Shown here in pieces: positions 47,652 through 59,021 of a stretch of 64,000 nt of DNA. Below the pieces are notes generated by a model, which was given only the letters and a program-made list of their open reading frames with translations, was not told the DNA's origin and ran no database searches. The stretch is from Schmidtea polychroa (lineage: Eukaryota): contig CM097885.1 in the NCBI GenBank assembly GCA_044892525.1, positions 10,728,001 through 10,792,000 on the forward strand, read 5' to 3'. The position numbers and the translations under genes are program-made. Position 1 is the first letter of the stretch. Every line of letters begins with the position of its first letter.

Positions 47652-49653
47652 AAAAAGAGACGAAATAAAAATAATTATGTAGAACTTGAAGTGTTGATGC
47701 TTCAAGAGAGTCCAAGGGAGGACAAAGAGGAAAAGACTATGGTCATAGAACCAGAGGTCTGTGAGGGTTTACAGGTTTCACCCAGGAAAAATCTAGTGGC
47801 TGTGGCCATGGAGCCAGAAGCCAACAGAAAAATAGAAGGTTTACCGGTTTCACCAGTTAAAAATCGTAAGGCTATGGACATGGATCCAGTAGTTAATGAA
47901 AGTGTTCCAACAGAAGTTTTGGAAAAAAGATGGGCTTCGGTCATTGAGCCGGAAGTTCTTATAGCCACATCATCCATGCGAGGTGAGTGTGGTAGCGAAC
48001 CAATAAAGGTTAGAGAAGCATCGAAAGAGGAAAGAAATCCCATCGATGACTGTAGAAAAATACTATTACGCAAGAGCGTATGGCAAATAGAAATAAGACA
48101 GAAATTAGAAAATATTCGTTTAAACCCCGTTAATGAGAATGAGGTTGACAAAGTAATGGATATCATAACAGAATTAGACAGAAATGAGGAATATTATCCA
48201 GAATTGAGAGAAATTCTGAGAAATATTGGCCTAAATTGGAAACAAAGAGAGAATCTGGAGGATTCTATAATTTTTGTATCTTTCCCAAAGGGTTGTTTTC
48301 GTAGATATACAATTAACCCAAGTGAAAAGGTAGAAGCATTGGCAAAGAGAGTTTCTGTGGTAAAACCTCAATTGAGATGCAAACTATATTTATTGGGAGA
48401 AAGATTATTAGAGGGAGAAACCCTGTTAGATTGTGGTATATTACCAGGGAAAAATATGGTTATAAAAGCAAAGTTTCACAAGGAAACTGTTACAGTAGTG
48501 GACTTGGATAATGTCCTTACAATAAGCGAGATTGAAATTGATCAATTAAATCAAATATCAGCCGTACCACATAGATTGGGAATTGAGCTGATGAAAAGCC
48601 CAAGAGATGGGGAAGCCATTAAGATGATAATGGATTGGATACTGGAGTTGAGAATCCCAGTAGATACTCTTAGAGAGATAATGCCATTGGTGGTGCCTTT
48701 AGTAAAAGAGACATCACAATTTCAGACTCAAGCAAAGATGCTGTTGATTAAAAATGGACATGCTATCAGACATTTGGAAGGTAGACAAGGTCCAGTGATG
48801 CTAGATATCAGGATACCCAGGAGAGGACACCTGATACAACAATTCTCATGTTATCATAGAGTAAAGAAACTGAGAAAAAGAATATCAGAAATAGTAAAAG
48901 AGTCATTCCTAATAATGATACATGGTTGTCAGGTGGATGACGACGAATTTCTAGTAGATGTTGGATGTTTTCCCAACGAGGAGACAGTTGTATTAATATT
49001 ACTGGTAGAGTTTCCAGAGGATCAATGGGCAACTTTGAGATTGCCAGATAATGCTGAAATGGAGGATGAAACAGTACATCCTGAGCAAAAACAAATAGAC
49101 GGGAATACTCATCAGGAAACCGTAACTACAGTAGATTTAGATGAAGAGATAGATAAGTATCTCAAGGAACTTGATAACACTGAAGACGAGTTGGTCGAAA
49201 TATTTCCTACAGAGGAAGATAAGGAAGTACAATTAAATCGAAATGAAACAAACATCGGAGCTAGTACATCGCGACAAGTCGAGCCACCAAGAGCAAGGGT
49301 GAGCCCGAGGTTAATAGAGAATAAAAAGAAAAGGGAGAGAAGGGGTAGACCGAGGAAAAGTCAAATGAACCAACCTCCAAGAGAACTTCTTAAACCAGTT
49401 ACAATACAAAATGTAACGAAGCAGGCTCTAGCAGGGATAGCTAGCCAAATCGATAAAAGCGTTGGAGATGCTAGTGATAAAACGGAAACATGGAAAAGAT
49501 TGAATCAAATCTTACGACTGATTAAGCCCGATTGGCAAACCAAGAAAGATAAAAGTGTTAATGTTGACAAAATTGCAGAAAAAGTCAAGAAAGCTATGGA
49601 AAAGATTCCAGGAAGCACTACAGAACAGGAGATGTTAGACAGTTATTCATTTG
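47652..49653 (+). mobile_element. 2.0-kb insertion absent from the paralogous site
   Basis: The empty site is at 10391/10410 with ~18 bp of target replaced. No TSD, TIR or 3' poly(A). Purine-rich coding composition. Confidence 0.85.
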
Positions 49654-49694
49654 ATACAATTTCTCAACAATTTTACTCTGTTTTCAAATTTTGA
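47691..49694 (+). CDS. 667-aa intronless ORF with two putative ubiquitin-like domains, SIM-like motifs and an AT-hook; 3'-truncated
   Basis: IIFVSFPKG...INPSEKVEALAKRV......KLYLLGERLLEGETLLDCGILPGKNMVI (~48261-48475) follows the beta-grasp Ubl pattern. A second, weaker unit lies at ~48791-49005, and RRGRPRK at ~49336-49358. The last ~13 codons derive from host flank. Confidence 0.65.
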   Translation: MLMLQESPREDKEEKTMVIEPEVCEGLQVSPRKNLVAVAMEPEANRKIEGLPVSPVKNRKAMDMDPVVNESVPTEVLEKRWASVIEPEVLIATSSMRGECGSEPIKVREASKEERNPIDDCRKILLRKSVWQIEIRQKLENIRLNPVNENEVDKVMDIITELDRNEEYYPELREILRNIGLNWKQRENLEDSIIFVSFPKGCFRRYTINPSEKVEALAKRVSVVKPQLRCKLYLLGERLLEGETLLDCGILPGKNMVIKAKFHKETVTVVDLDNVLTISEIEIDQLNQISAVPHRLGIELMKSPRDGEAIKMIMDWILELRIPVDTLREIMPLVVPLVKETSQFQTQAKMLLIKNGHAIRHLEGRQGPVMLDIRIPRRGHLIQQFSCYHRVKKLRKRISEIVKESFLIMIHGCQVDDDEFLVDVGCFPNEETVVLILLVEFPEDQWATLRLPDNAEMEDETVHPEQKQIDGNTHQETVTTVDLDEEIDKYLKELDNTEDELVEIFPTEEDKEVQLNRNETNIGASTSRQVEPPRARVSPRLIENKKKRERRGRPRKSQMNQPPRELLKPVTIQNVTKQALAGIASQIDKSVGDASDKTETWKRLNQILRLIKPDWQTKKDKSVNVDKIAEKVKKAMEKIPGSTTEQEMLDSYSFDTISQQFYSVFKF

Positions 49695-50852
49695 TTTAAA
49701 TAATTTTGAAAGATATTTAAAAATATTAATTTTGTTTTTAAACAAAAATTTTGGAAATTAAGTTACAAATAAATAAGGAAAATTTTGAAAAATTAACATT
49801 AGTCGAATTTCAAATCTCAATTTTTTCTAAAAAACAATATTTATAAAATGTTTGTTTATCTACATCAAAAAACATATTTTAAATATTGAAATTTCAAAAG
49901 TAAGAGGAAATAATTATTATTTATAATTATAATTTATGAATGTTGAAAAACTTTGAAATATTTTAATAATTTCATAATGAAATATTTAATAGATTTATTT
50001 TCACAATTATTGATTTGAAACTTAATCGAATCTGACAAAATATTTGGTTTTTTAAAATTTTCTCAGATATTAATATTTTATTTATTTAATTATTTTACTA
50101 CAAATTTTCATTTTCCCGATTGACTTATTTTAATTATTTCATAAAATTCTTGATACAAGATTTAGATTAAATGTTCTGAGTGAATTATATTCTAATATTT
50201 GGATCAGTGAAATATCCTTATCCAATTGTGGATCATTCCCAATATTTATAACCATAACCAGATCATTAGATCAAATGCCAAAACCCCACAATTTCTGAAT
50301 ACATTAATAACCCGTTTAGCGTTACCCAGTAAAATGTTATTCAAATCCTAAACAATTTTTCCTTTAAAAATTATTGAAAATTGTTGAAAAGTATTTTGAA
50401 AAACAATATTGATTTTATTAAAAAGAGCTTGAAGACTATAAATGAGTAAATATATCAAAAGCAATATCAATAGCTCTTTTTAATAAATTCAATGGAAAAA
50501 AATCGAAGGTGAAATTGGAATATTTATTTTTATATTTTGATCTATTTTTAATTTAGATTTTCCGTTTAATGTTACTTAATTTCCCATCAAAATTTTACGT
50601 AGTTTTATCAAATTTCAATTTAAATAATTTTGTAAGATTTAAAATAAATGAGAAAAACACTGAAAATTAACATTAATAATATATCAAAAAGCGCGCGAAG
50701 CTAAAATACAATACTTATAAAATGTTTGTTTATCTACATCAAAATACAAATTATAAATATTGAAATTGTCAACGTCAGAGGAAATATTAATATAATAAGT
50801 ATGATTTATGAAAGTTGTAAAATGTTGAAATATTTTGTAAATTTTAGATAAA

Positions 50853-52340
50853 ATGTTTGCAAGCGTATGGGAAATAATGAGGAGAAATAAATTTGAATTT
50901 GATAATGAAATTAGCAGTGAATTGATATGCAGAATTTGCAAATGTTTAATGATAAAGGCTTGCAATGCTCCTTGCGGTTGTCGCTTTTGTTCTGATTGCA
51001 TTGAGCATTATTTGGATGGAAAAGATAAATTCTGTCCAGGAGCAGCAAAATATTGTCAAGTTCAAATGTTTAATTTCAATGAAAATGTTTTCCAAGATCA
51101 GGCGATTAACTTAAGAATATCTGAAGTCATTGTAAAATGCCCAATGCAAAATTGTGAATTCAAAACCGAGTTGTGCATGATGGAGAGCCACATGAGAACA
51201 TGCAACAAGCAGCCAATCAGATGTCCGTTCAATAGAATTGGATGCGAAATGAATGAGGTGGAGAAGGAGGAAATGAAAGTCCATCTCTATGAGAACAATG
51301 AAGGCCACAGCAAATTATTGATCGATCAGATCAGTAATTTATGCAATGAAATGCAATCAATGAGAGATGAGAATGTGAAATTGCGTAATGAAATTATCGA
51401 ATTGAAAGGAGAAATGACGCAATTCAAACAACAATTTGATAATATCAATGTAAATTTTATTTTTAATTAATTTTATTGATATTTTGCGATTGTAGGTAAA
51501 ATTGAGTAATGTTGAAAGGAAAGAGGCGGAGAACAGAGAGGAAATAGAAGAATTGAATGAGGAAATGGTGGCATTGAAGAATGAGAATCGCTCATTGAGA
51601 ATGGAGACGGAGACAAATATTGGATCAATCAATCAAGTTTGTATATTGATTTGATTTGTTATTGATTTGTTATTGATGGAAAGCAGATCAGACAGCAAAT
51701 TGAGGTGATTGAATCAAAATGTCAACAGCAAATTGATGAGATGAAAGAGAAATGCGAGCAGCGGCTGCAACAGGAGAATGAAAAGGTGATTTATTGATTA
51801 TTTGAAATGTTTGAATTTGAGATTCAGTTGCAGCTTGAAATGGCGAAACGCGTCAATGAAATTCGGCATAATGAAACAAAATTAGCAAATGAAAAATATA
51901 TAAATGACGGATTTTTTGAATGGGAAATCGATAAATTTTCACAACAAAAGATATATGAAAATATTTACAGCGAGGCATTTTATTCCGGGCCAATCGGTTA
52001 CAAAATGTGCTTGAGGGTGTGGATTGGGGATGATTGGGTTTGGGCTGGTTTCTGTTTGATGCGTGGGGCAAATGATGAGCAATTGGATTGGCCGTTCAAT
52101 CAATCCGTGACAATCGATGTGATCGATCTAGCAAATGGCAACATTTATATGAGCAAGTCAATGAAATATTCAGATTGCCCTGATCAGGATTCTGATTATG
52201 CAGATCATAGATGGAGGAAACCGTCGAATGACAGAAATAATCCAATTGAGATTTATGGTGATGATGAAGCCAGCTCAATCAATAAATTAGCAGCCAAAAG
52301 TGATAAATTGCTGCTCAGGTGCAGAATTGAAAAATTATGA
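50853..52340 (+). CDS. TRAF: TRAF-family protein (RING, TRAF zinc finger, coiled coil, MATH), copy 2, intact, ~449 aa
   Basis: Exons 50853-51449, 51496-51636, 51687-51785 and 51828-52340, with phase-0 GT-AG introns of 46, 50 and 42 nt. The spliced frame is open. Confidence 0.92.
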
Positions 52341-54609
52341 AAACATTTCAATAAAAAATTGATTTATTTTGGCTTTTGGTCTGATTTATTATTTGCCTCG
52401 TGCTGGTGGATCAATTTGTCTGGATCAGTTATTGATGCATTTGCCCAATTATAAACTGATTGCAACATTATTGATGATGTGGATCAGCTGTAACCGCATT
52501 TAATGCTGATTGGATCAAATTGGATCAGCATTTAATGAACTTTGTGCAGATCCATTTATTGATCTGTTTTGAATCAATTTTATTGTTGCTCGTGATTTTG
52601 AATTGAAATATTTTGAAATTTTTACTTTTTCATTTTATATTCAAAATATTTATTTTCTATTTTGAAACATTTTTAATTTTTATTTTCTTTCCGATAAGTG
52701 AAATTTTTGCATTTTAATTTCCCTTCAATTGTTACGCTGCTTTGTTTACAAATTGAGATTTCAATTGCTATTTTATATTTCTCAACCAATTTCACTCAAA
52801 TATCAATAATATCGGAATTGCCGCCACCAATAAATGAGAAAATCAATGAAAATTAGCATTATATTGATATGAAATTGAATTATTTATTGAACAGCTGTCA
52901 TTATGAGCATGCAACACACATCATCAGGGGATCTCACAATTGCTGTCATTATCTGATTTATTATATCAATGCGGATCAGATATTATGGCAGCCATGTTAG
53001 ATTTCTATCAGATCATTTATTTGAATTTATTATAATAATATTGCAACTGAGCATTTCTTATAATTGAAGGTGAAAATGCATTTGATAGAATCCCTTGAGG
53101 TCAGCCAAATTATCATTATCATTATCGATAAATACAATTCCATAGTTATGTTGCTAGGTTCAAGGCAGCAACCAAATTTACACCTTTAGGAGTTCCTTGA
53201 AATCTTCATCACATTCCCAACAATAATATCCATGGAAACATTGAACATTTCAACATCAACACGTTTTCTAGAGTCACAAAGTCTCTCATTTTACTGAGTT
53301 TATCCAATATTTGAACGCTTTCATTTTAAATTTCTTTATGTTTGTCTGTTGTTCAAAATAAATGTTTTTTTTGTATTGATTATTTTTATATTTATTCAAT
53401 TTTTTTAAAATTTTTTAATAAATATTTGTTAATTTCTTTTAATTAAATATGAAATAAATGCAATTTTGGCAACATTTATGTGGCACTAATAAAATATTTA
53501 TTTTACACCATTTCCAAATAAGATCTGTTATAAGCTGTAAATTTCTAAGTGATATTCACTTGACTGTCACTCTTTCATTATGCTTTTCTTTATGTTTGTT
53601 TATTGTTTGTGAATTTTAGATAATTTTTTTTAATCTCAAAACTCATGATATTTGGCTTTTTGTGAGACCCCCTTCAAAAATTTTGTTTTTAACTGTGCAT
53701 ATCGATGTGAATAGTGTCCGTGTGAAGCAATAAATTGACCTGCGGGATTTGGTTTGAAAGCCATTTTACATGCTTGAAATTTTTTTATTTTTTTTAGATC
53801 AACTGTAAAAAATACTTTTTTTTTAAATTAAATTTTTAAATTAATATTTATTTATTTTGATTTATTTTTTTTTCGTTTTATATTTAGTACATATTATTTT
53901 ATTGTTTTCCAAATCTATTTATTTATAATTACTATTTATATTTAAATTATTATTTATATTTTTTATTGAACCAATAATTTTCTTAAAAATACAATGATAA
54001 AAATTATATTGACGATATATAAAGAACATGGATAATTAGTAGTATGATTGGGGCTCCCCAGATCAGGAGCTCCCCGCATCACATATACCCCCCCCGGGGA
54101 AAAAATTTTTTTTTAGAACGATGCCACATATTTTTAGAACTATTACGTAATCAATGCCTAATATTTTTAGAACGATGCCTAATATTTTTAGAACTATTAC
54201 GTAATTTTTTTAAATTAATTGGTCCAGCGGTGACCTACTTTTTTTCTTCCCAAAAGTAATGTTCCCGCCAACAAATTTTATTGAACGATACCTCATCTTA
54301 AAGCCCAGTGCCAGACCTTTAAGATGTGCCATAGGTATTTTATATATCTTTATATATATATCTTTTAATGTTATTAACAATTGATGACCACCATCTTTTC
54401 AATGTTAAATTATTATTATTCAAAATATTATTATTTGGTCCAGCGGTGACCTACTTTTTTTCATCCCAAAAATTAATGTTTCCATCATCTGAATTTATTG
54501 GACGATACCTCATCTTAAAGCTTAGTGCAAGACCTTTCGAATGAGCTATTGACGGTATCATCATCCTTAATATTAACAAAGAGAATGACTCACCCAATGA
54601 CTCACCCAA

Positions 54610-55914
54610 CGATGCCTAATATTTTTAGAATGATGCCTAATATTTTTAGAACGATGCCTAATATTTTTAGAACAATTACGTCATACTTTTAGAATGGTGC
54701 CTCTTATTTTTAGAATGATTACGTCATAATTTTAGAACGATGCCTAATATTTTTAGAATGATCCTAATATTTTTAGAACGATTACGTCATACTTTTAGAA
54801 TGGTGCCTAATATTTTTAGAACGATGTCTAATATTTTTAGAATGATGCCTAATATTTTTAGAACGATGCCTAATATTTTTAGAACGATTACGTCATATTT
54901 TTAGAACGATGCCTCATATTTTTAGAACTATTGCGTAATCGGTGCCTCATATTTTTAGAACGATGCCACATATTTTTAGAACTATTATGTAATCGACGCC
55001 TCATATTATTATTCAAAATATTATTAGTGATCCAGCGGTGACCTACTTTTTTTTCTTCCCAAATATTAATGTTCCCGCCAACAAATTTTATTGAACGATA
55101 CCTCATCTTAAAGCCCAGTGCCAGACTTTTAAGATGTGCTATAGGTATTTTATATATCTTTAATAGTTTTAATGTTATTAACAATTGATGACCACCATCT
55201 TTTCAAAGTTAAATTATTTTTCAAAATATTATTAGTGATCTAGCGGTGACATGGTTTTCGTTTGCCCAAAAGTTATTGTTTTCATCATCTGAATTTATTG
55301 GACGATACCTCATCTTAAAGCTCAATGCAAGACCTTTAAGATGAGCTATAGATTCCTATCATACAATGACTCATCACATTTTTAGAACAAAGACAATGAC
55401 TCACCTTATTTTTTAGAACGATGCCTAATATTTTTAGAATGATGCCTAATATTTTTAGAATGATTACGTCATATTTTTAGAACGATGCCTAATATTTTTA
55501 GAACGATGACTCATCATATTTTTAGAACGATGCCTCTTATTTTTAGAATGATTACATCATATTTTTAGAACGATGCCTCTTATTTTTAGAACGATGCCTA
55601 ATATTTTTAGAATGATTACATCATATTTTTAGAACGATGCCTAATATTTTTAGAACGATGACTCATCATATTTTTAGAACGATGCCTCTTATTTTTAGAA
55701 TGATTACATCATATTTTTAGAACGATGCCTCTTATTTTTAGAACGATGCCTAATATTTTTAGAATGATTACATCATATTTTTAGAACGATGCCTAATATT
55801 TTTAGAACGATGACTCATCATATTTTTAGAACGATGCCTCTTATTTTTAGAATGATTACATCATATTTTTAGAACGATGCCTCTTATTTTTAGATCGATG
55901 CCTAATATTTTTAG
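54610..55914. repeat. 21/22-bp minisatellite in the D terminus (resumes at 61896-61990)
   Basis: Units such as gatgcctaatatttttagaac, gattacatcatatttttagaac and gatgactcatcatatttttagaac, interrupted at ~55000-55380 by a duplicated unique block. Confidence 0.92.
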
Positions 55915-56225
55915 AGTAGTGTGTATCTATCCCTAACGACCACAAGCCTCCCAACTGTTTTCATGTTTTATACCTATTTTTCCCGTTTTATACCTATTTT
56001 TCCCTCATAAACGTAAAAAAAAACACTTAAAACCTTAAAAACCTATATCTTTTAATTTCTTTATTCCGAAGACATTTTGCTTTCAAAATAAAAACTTAAA
56101 AAACAACAAAAATATTAAAAAAACAACACAAAATGTTAATAAAACAGGGAAAAAAAATACTGATAAAACTATGAAAAACGTTTGTCGGCTTGCGGTCGTT
56201 AGGGATAGATACACACTACTTGCAG

Positions 56226-56385
56226 GTCGCCAGTTTATCAAGTCGCCAGTTTATCAAGTCGCCAGTTTATCAAGTCGCCAGTTTATCAAGTCGATAGTTT
56301 GTCAAGTCGATGATGCAATCGCTGCGGTCTTGGCAAGTCGACAGCTTGGTAAGTCGACAGCTTGGCAGGTCGATAGCTTGGCAAG
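56226..56385. repeat. 16-bp tandem repeat (caagtcgccagtttat and variants)
   Basis: Direct reading: about 9 units, progressively degenerate. Confidence 0.85.
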
Positions 56386-56546
56386 CTGCTAGAATATAAA
56401 TATAAAAAAAATAAAAAAAAAATAAAAATAAAAATAAAAAAATAAAAAAAATAAAAATAAAAAAAAATAAAAATAAAAATAAAAATAAATATATAAAAAT
56501 TTAAAATTTAAAAACAACGTATCCAGTAAAAAAATTTTTTCTAAAA

Positions 56547-59021
56547 ATGAATTGTAATATTTGCAATAAAGTTTTTAAAAATAAAACAGGATTAATTTCT
56601 CACTATAAATCGAAAGCTCACTTACTAAAAGAAAATAATCTTAATGACACAAATTCAAAAGTTTGTACTAAATGTAAAGGAAGATTTCTACATTCTGGAT
56701 ATAATAAACATTTTGAAAATTGTATCGGGAAAAAAAGAGAAATATTTACATGTCCTCATTGTAACTTTTCAACAAAACTAAATTTCTATTATTTAAGACA
56801 TTTAAAAGAATGTAAAAATAAAAAACAAAATTCTGACGTTGAAGAATGTCATTCAGAAGGAGAACCTGATCATGTTGAAAGAGAAAAATACAACTGGGAT
56901 GATTTTAATCATATAGATGAATTTCAATTAAAAATTAATGGACCTGCAACCCCTGGAGAATATATAAGGAGAAATAAAAAAAATATTAAAAATTCTTTCA
57001 CTGAAGCTTTAAAAAATTATAAACCAACAAGGTATAATGTTATAAAATATAAAATTACAATCAAAGCAAAATATTGGAGAGGACCAGAAGAAAAGACAAC
57101 TCCTTTAGATGTTGAAATTGGAATACCTTTTAAATATTCATTTTCAACTAGAGGATTTGATAAAACCATCAAAGAAATAATTCAAGCAGTAGAAGCAAAA
57201 CAAGAAGAGGTTGAAAATGAATTAGGAGATTCAAACTTAGTATTCAATTCTTTCCAAACTTTAGTGATTGATTATTGGAGAGGATTACCACCTAATCCTA
57301 AATCTTATATTCAAACACCCTTTAGATCTAGGGTTGTTATAAATGTACAGAATAAGGATAACAAATGTTTCATGTGGTCAATACTTGCATATTTACATCC
57401 TCAAGCTGAAAACCCTCAAAGAGTTTCAAAATACAAACAATATGAAAATGAATTAATATTTCCCAAGGGATTCACACACCCAATGAAACTAGAAGACATT
57501 CCAGAATTTGAAAAACTAAATAATCTTAAACTTAATATTTATGAACATGTTAAAGGATGGGGACATGGAAGGAAAGATATTATTCCAATTTATATTTCTG
57601 ATAGTGATAGCACGAGGGAGATATATCTTTTAATCTTGGAAGAAGGAAATAATCAACATTATGTTTTAATAAAAGACTTTCAAGCTTTTACATCACCAGA
57701 GAATCCAACTAGTGGAGGAGGAACATGTAAAAGATGTCTTCATTATTCAACAACTAAAAACTCTATGATTAAACATGCAAGATTTTGTGAAAAAGATGAT
57801 CCAGCTTTAATTAGAATGCCTACAGATCCCAGGATGTATTTTAAAAACTTTTCAAATTTATTACAAACATTAGAAGTTGTCTATGGAGACTTTGAATCTA
57901 TAAATCGTAAACAAGATATAATTATGCAATATTTAAAAATAATAGAAAAATATAAACTCATGGATGAATGGAAAGCCTCTAAACAGAAGATGAAACCAGA
58001 GAGGATGAAAGCCTTTCTAAGAAAAAGAAATAAACCTAATAGTGTTAAAAAAACTAAACAATTACCATCTGCTTATAAATTATTATTTAAAAGTAATTAT
58101 CCTGAACTCATAGAATCTAGAGAATATGCATTTCAAGGAACTTCAGAAGATGTTTTAAATCATTTTACTAAAAGTATAAATGATCTAGAACATGAAATAT
58201 TTAAAATATTAAAAACAAAGTATCCTCAAAAAATTTCTAATCAACAACAACAAGAATATGAAAATACTTCCAACTGTTGGATGTGTAAACAAGACATTCT
58301 TCCTGATGATAAAGTTATAGATCACGATCATTTAAAAAAGGAAAATAATTATCGAGGAGCAGCCCATAGAAATTGTAATCTTAATTGTCATACTCCTAAA
58401 TTTGTACCAGTTATATTTCATAATCTTTTTGGTTATGACATACATCTATTTATTAAACATTTAGCAGAAAATGCTAAAAACTCTTTCAAAGTTATAGGAC
58501 TTACAAAGGAAAAATATAAATCAGTTGAATATGGAAAATTAAAATTTATAGACTCGTTAAACTTTCTCCAAATGTCTCTAGATGGAATAGCTAAAACAAT
58601 GAAAGCAGAAAATTTTAAAATCACTCGAGAATTCTTGGAAAAAAATAATATCCCCCCAGAAGAATATCCTACATGCTTAGCAAAAGGAATATATCCCTAT
58701 GACTATGTTGATTCATTTGAAAAATATAATGAAACAAAATTACCAGAGAAAGAAGATTTCTATTCCCAACTTCAAAAATCTCATATTACAAATCAAGAAT
58801 ATTCTCGAGCAAATAAAATGTGGGATCTTTTCAACTGTAAAACTTTAGGAGAATATACAAGTATGTACTTATCCCTAGATGTTTATATTCTAGCAGATTG
58901 CTTTGAAGAATTTACAAAGTCTTTTGTTCTTAAACCTTATAATTATATAACAGCTCCTTCTTTAGCTTGGGATACTATGTTATATACCATTTGGAGGAGT
59001 ATCTTCAGTAATGGGGAATAG
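56547..59021 (+). CDS. polB: pPolB of element C, C-terminally truncated (N-terminal zinc fingers and exonuclease, no polymerase domain)
   Basis: CNICNKVF...HYKSKAH and further CxxC..H units, INVQNKDNKCFMWSIL, ExoI YGDFES, DHDH..ENNYRGAAHRNCN, HNLFGYD, KGIYPYDY, YLSLDV, APSLAWD. It then runs into the antisense of the neighbouring gene; PolA, B and C motifs are absent. Confidence 0.92.
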   Translation: MNCNICNKVFKNKTGLISHYKSKAHLLKENNLNDTNSKVCTKCKGRFLHSGYNKHFENCIGKKREIFTCPHCNFSTKLNFYYLRHLKECKNKKQNSDVEECHSEGEPDHVEREKYNWDDFNHIDEFQLKINGPATPGEYIRRNKKNIKNSFTEALKNYKPTRYNVIKYKITIKAKYWRGPEEKTTPLDVEIGIPFKYSFSTRGFDKTIKEIIQAVEAKQEEVENELGDSNLVFNSFQTLVIDYWRGLPPNPKSYIQTPFRSRVVINVQNKDNKCFMWSILAYLHPQAENPQRVSKYKQYENELIFPKGFTHPMKLEDIPEFEKLNNLKLNIYEHVKGWGHGRKDIIPIYISDSDSTREIYLLILEEGNNQHYVLIKDFQAFTSPENPTSGGGTCKRCLHYSTTKNSMIKHARFCEKDDPALIRMPTDPRMYFKNFSNLLQTLEVVYGDFESINRKQDIIMQYLKIIEKYKLMDEWKASKQKMKPERMKAFLRKRNKPNSVKKTKQLPSAYKLLFKSNYPELIESREYAFQGTSEDVLNHFTKSINDLEHEIFKILKTKYPQKISNQQQQEYENTSNCWMCKQDILPDDKVIDHDHLKKENNYRGAAHRNCNLNCHTPKFVPVIFHNLFGYDIHLFIKHLAENAKNSFKVIGLTKEKYKSVEYGKLKFIDSLNFLQMSLDGIAKTMKAENFKITREFLEKNNIPPEEYPTCLAKGIYPYDYVDSFEKYNETKLPEKEDFYSQLQKSHITNQEYSRANKMWDLFNCKTLGEYTSMYLSLDVYILADCFEEFTKSFVLKPYNYITAPSLAWDTMLYTIWRSIFSNGE

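Larger units (their letters stand above)
46836..54038 (+). repeat. Segmental duplication copy 2 (TRAF block) with 2-kb insert, cut at the right by Polinton D
   Basis: Colinear with 9581-14822. Homology ends at ...catggataatta, where AGTAGT begins. Confidence 0.95.
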
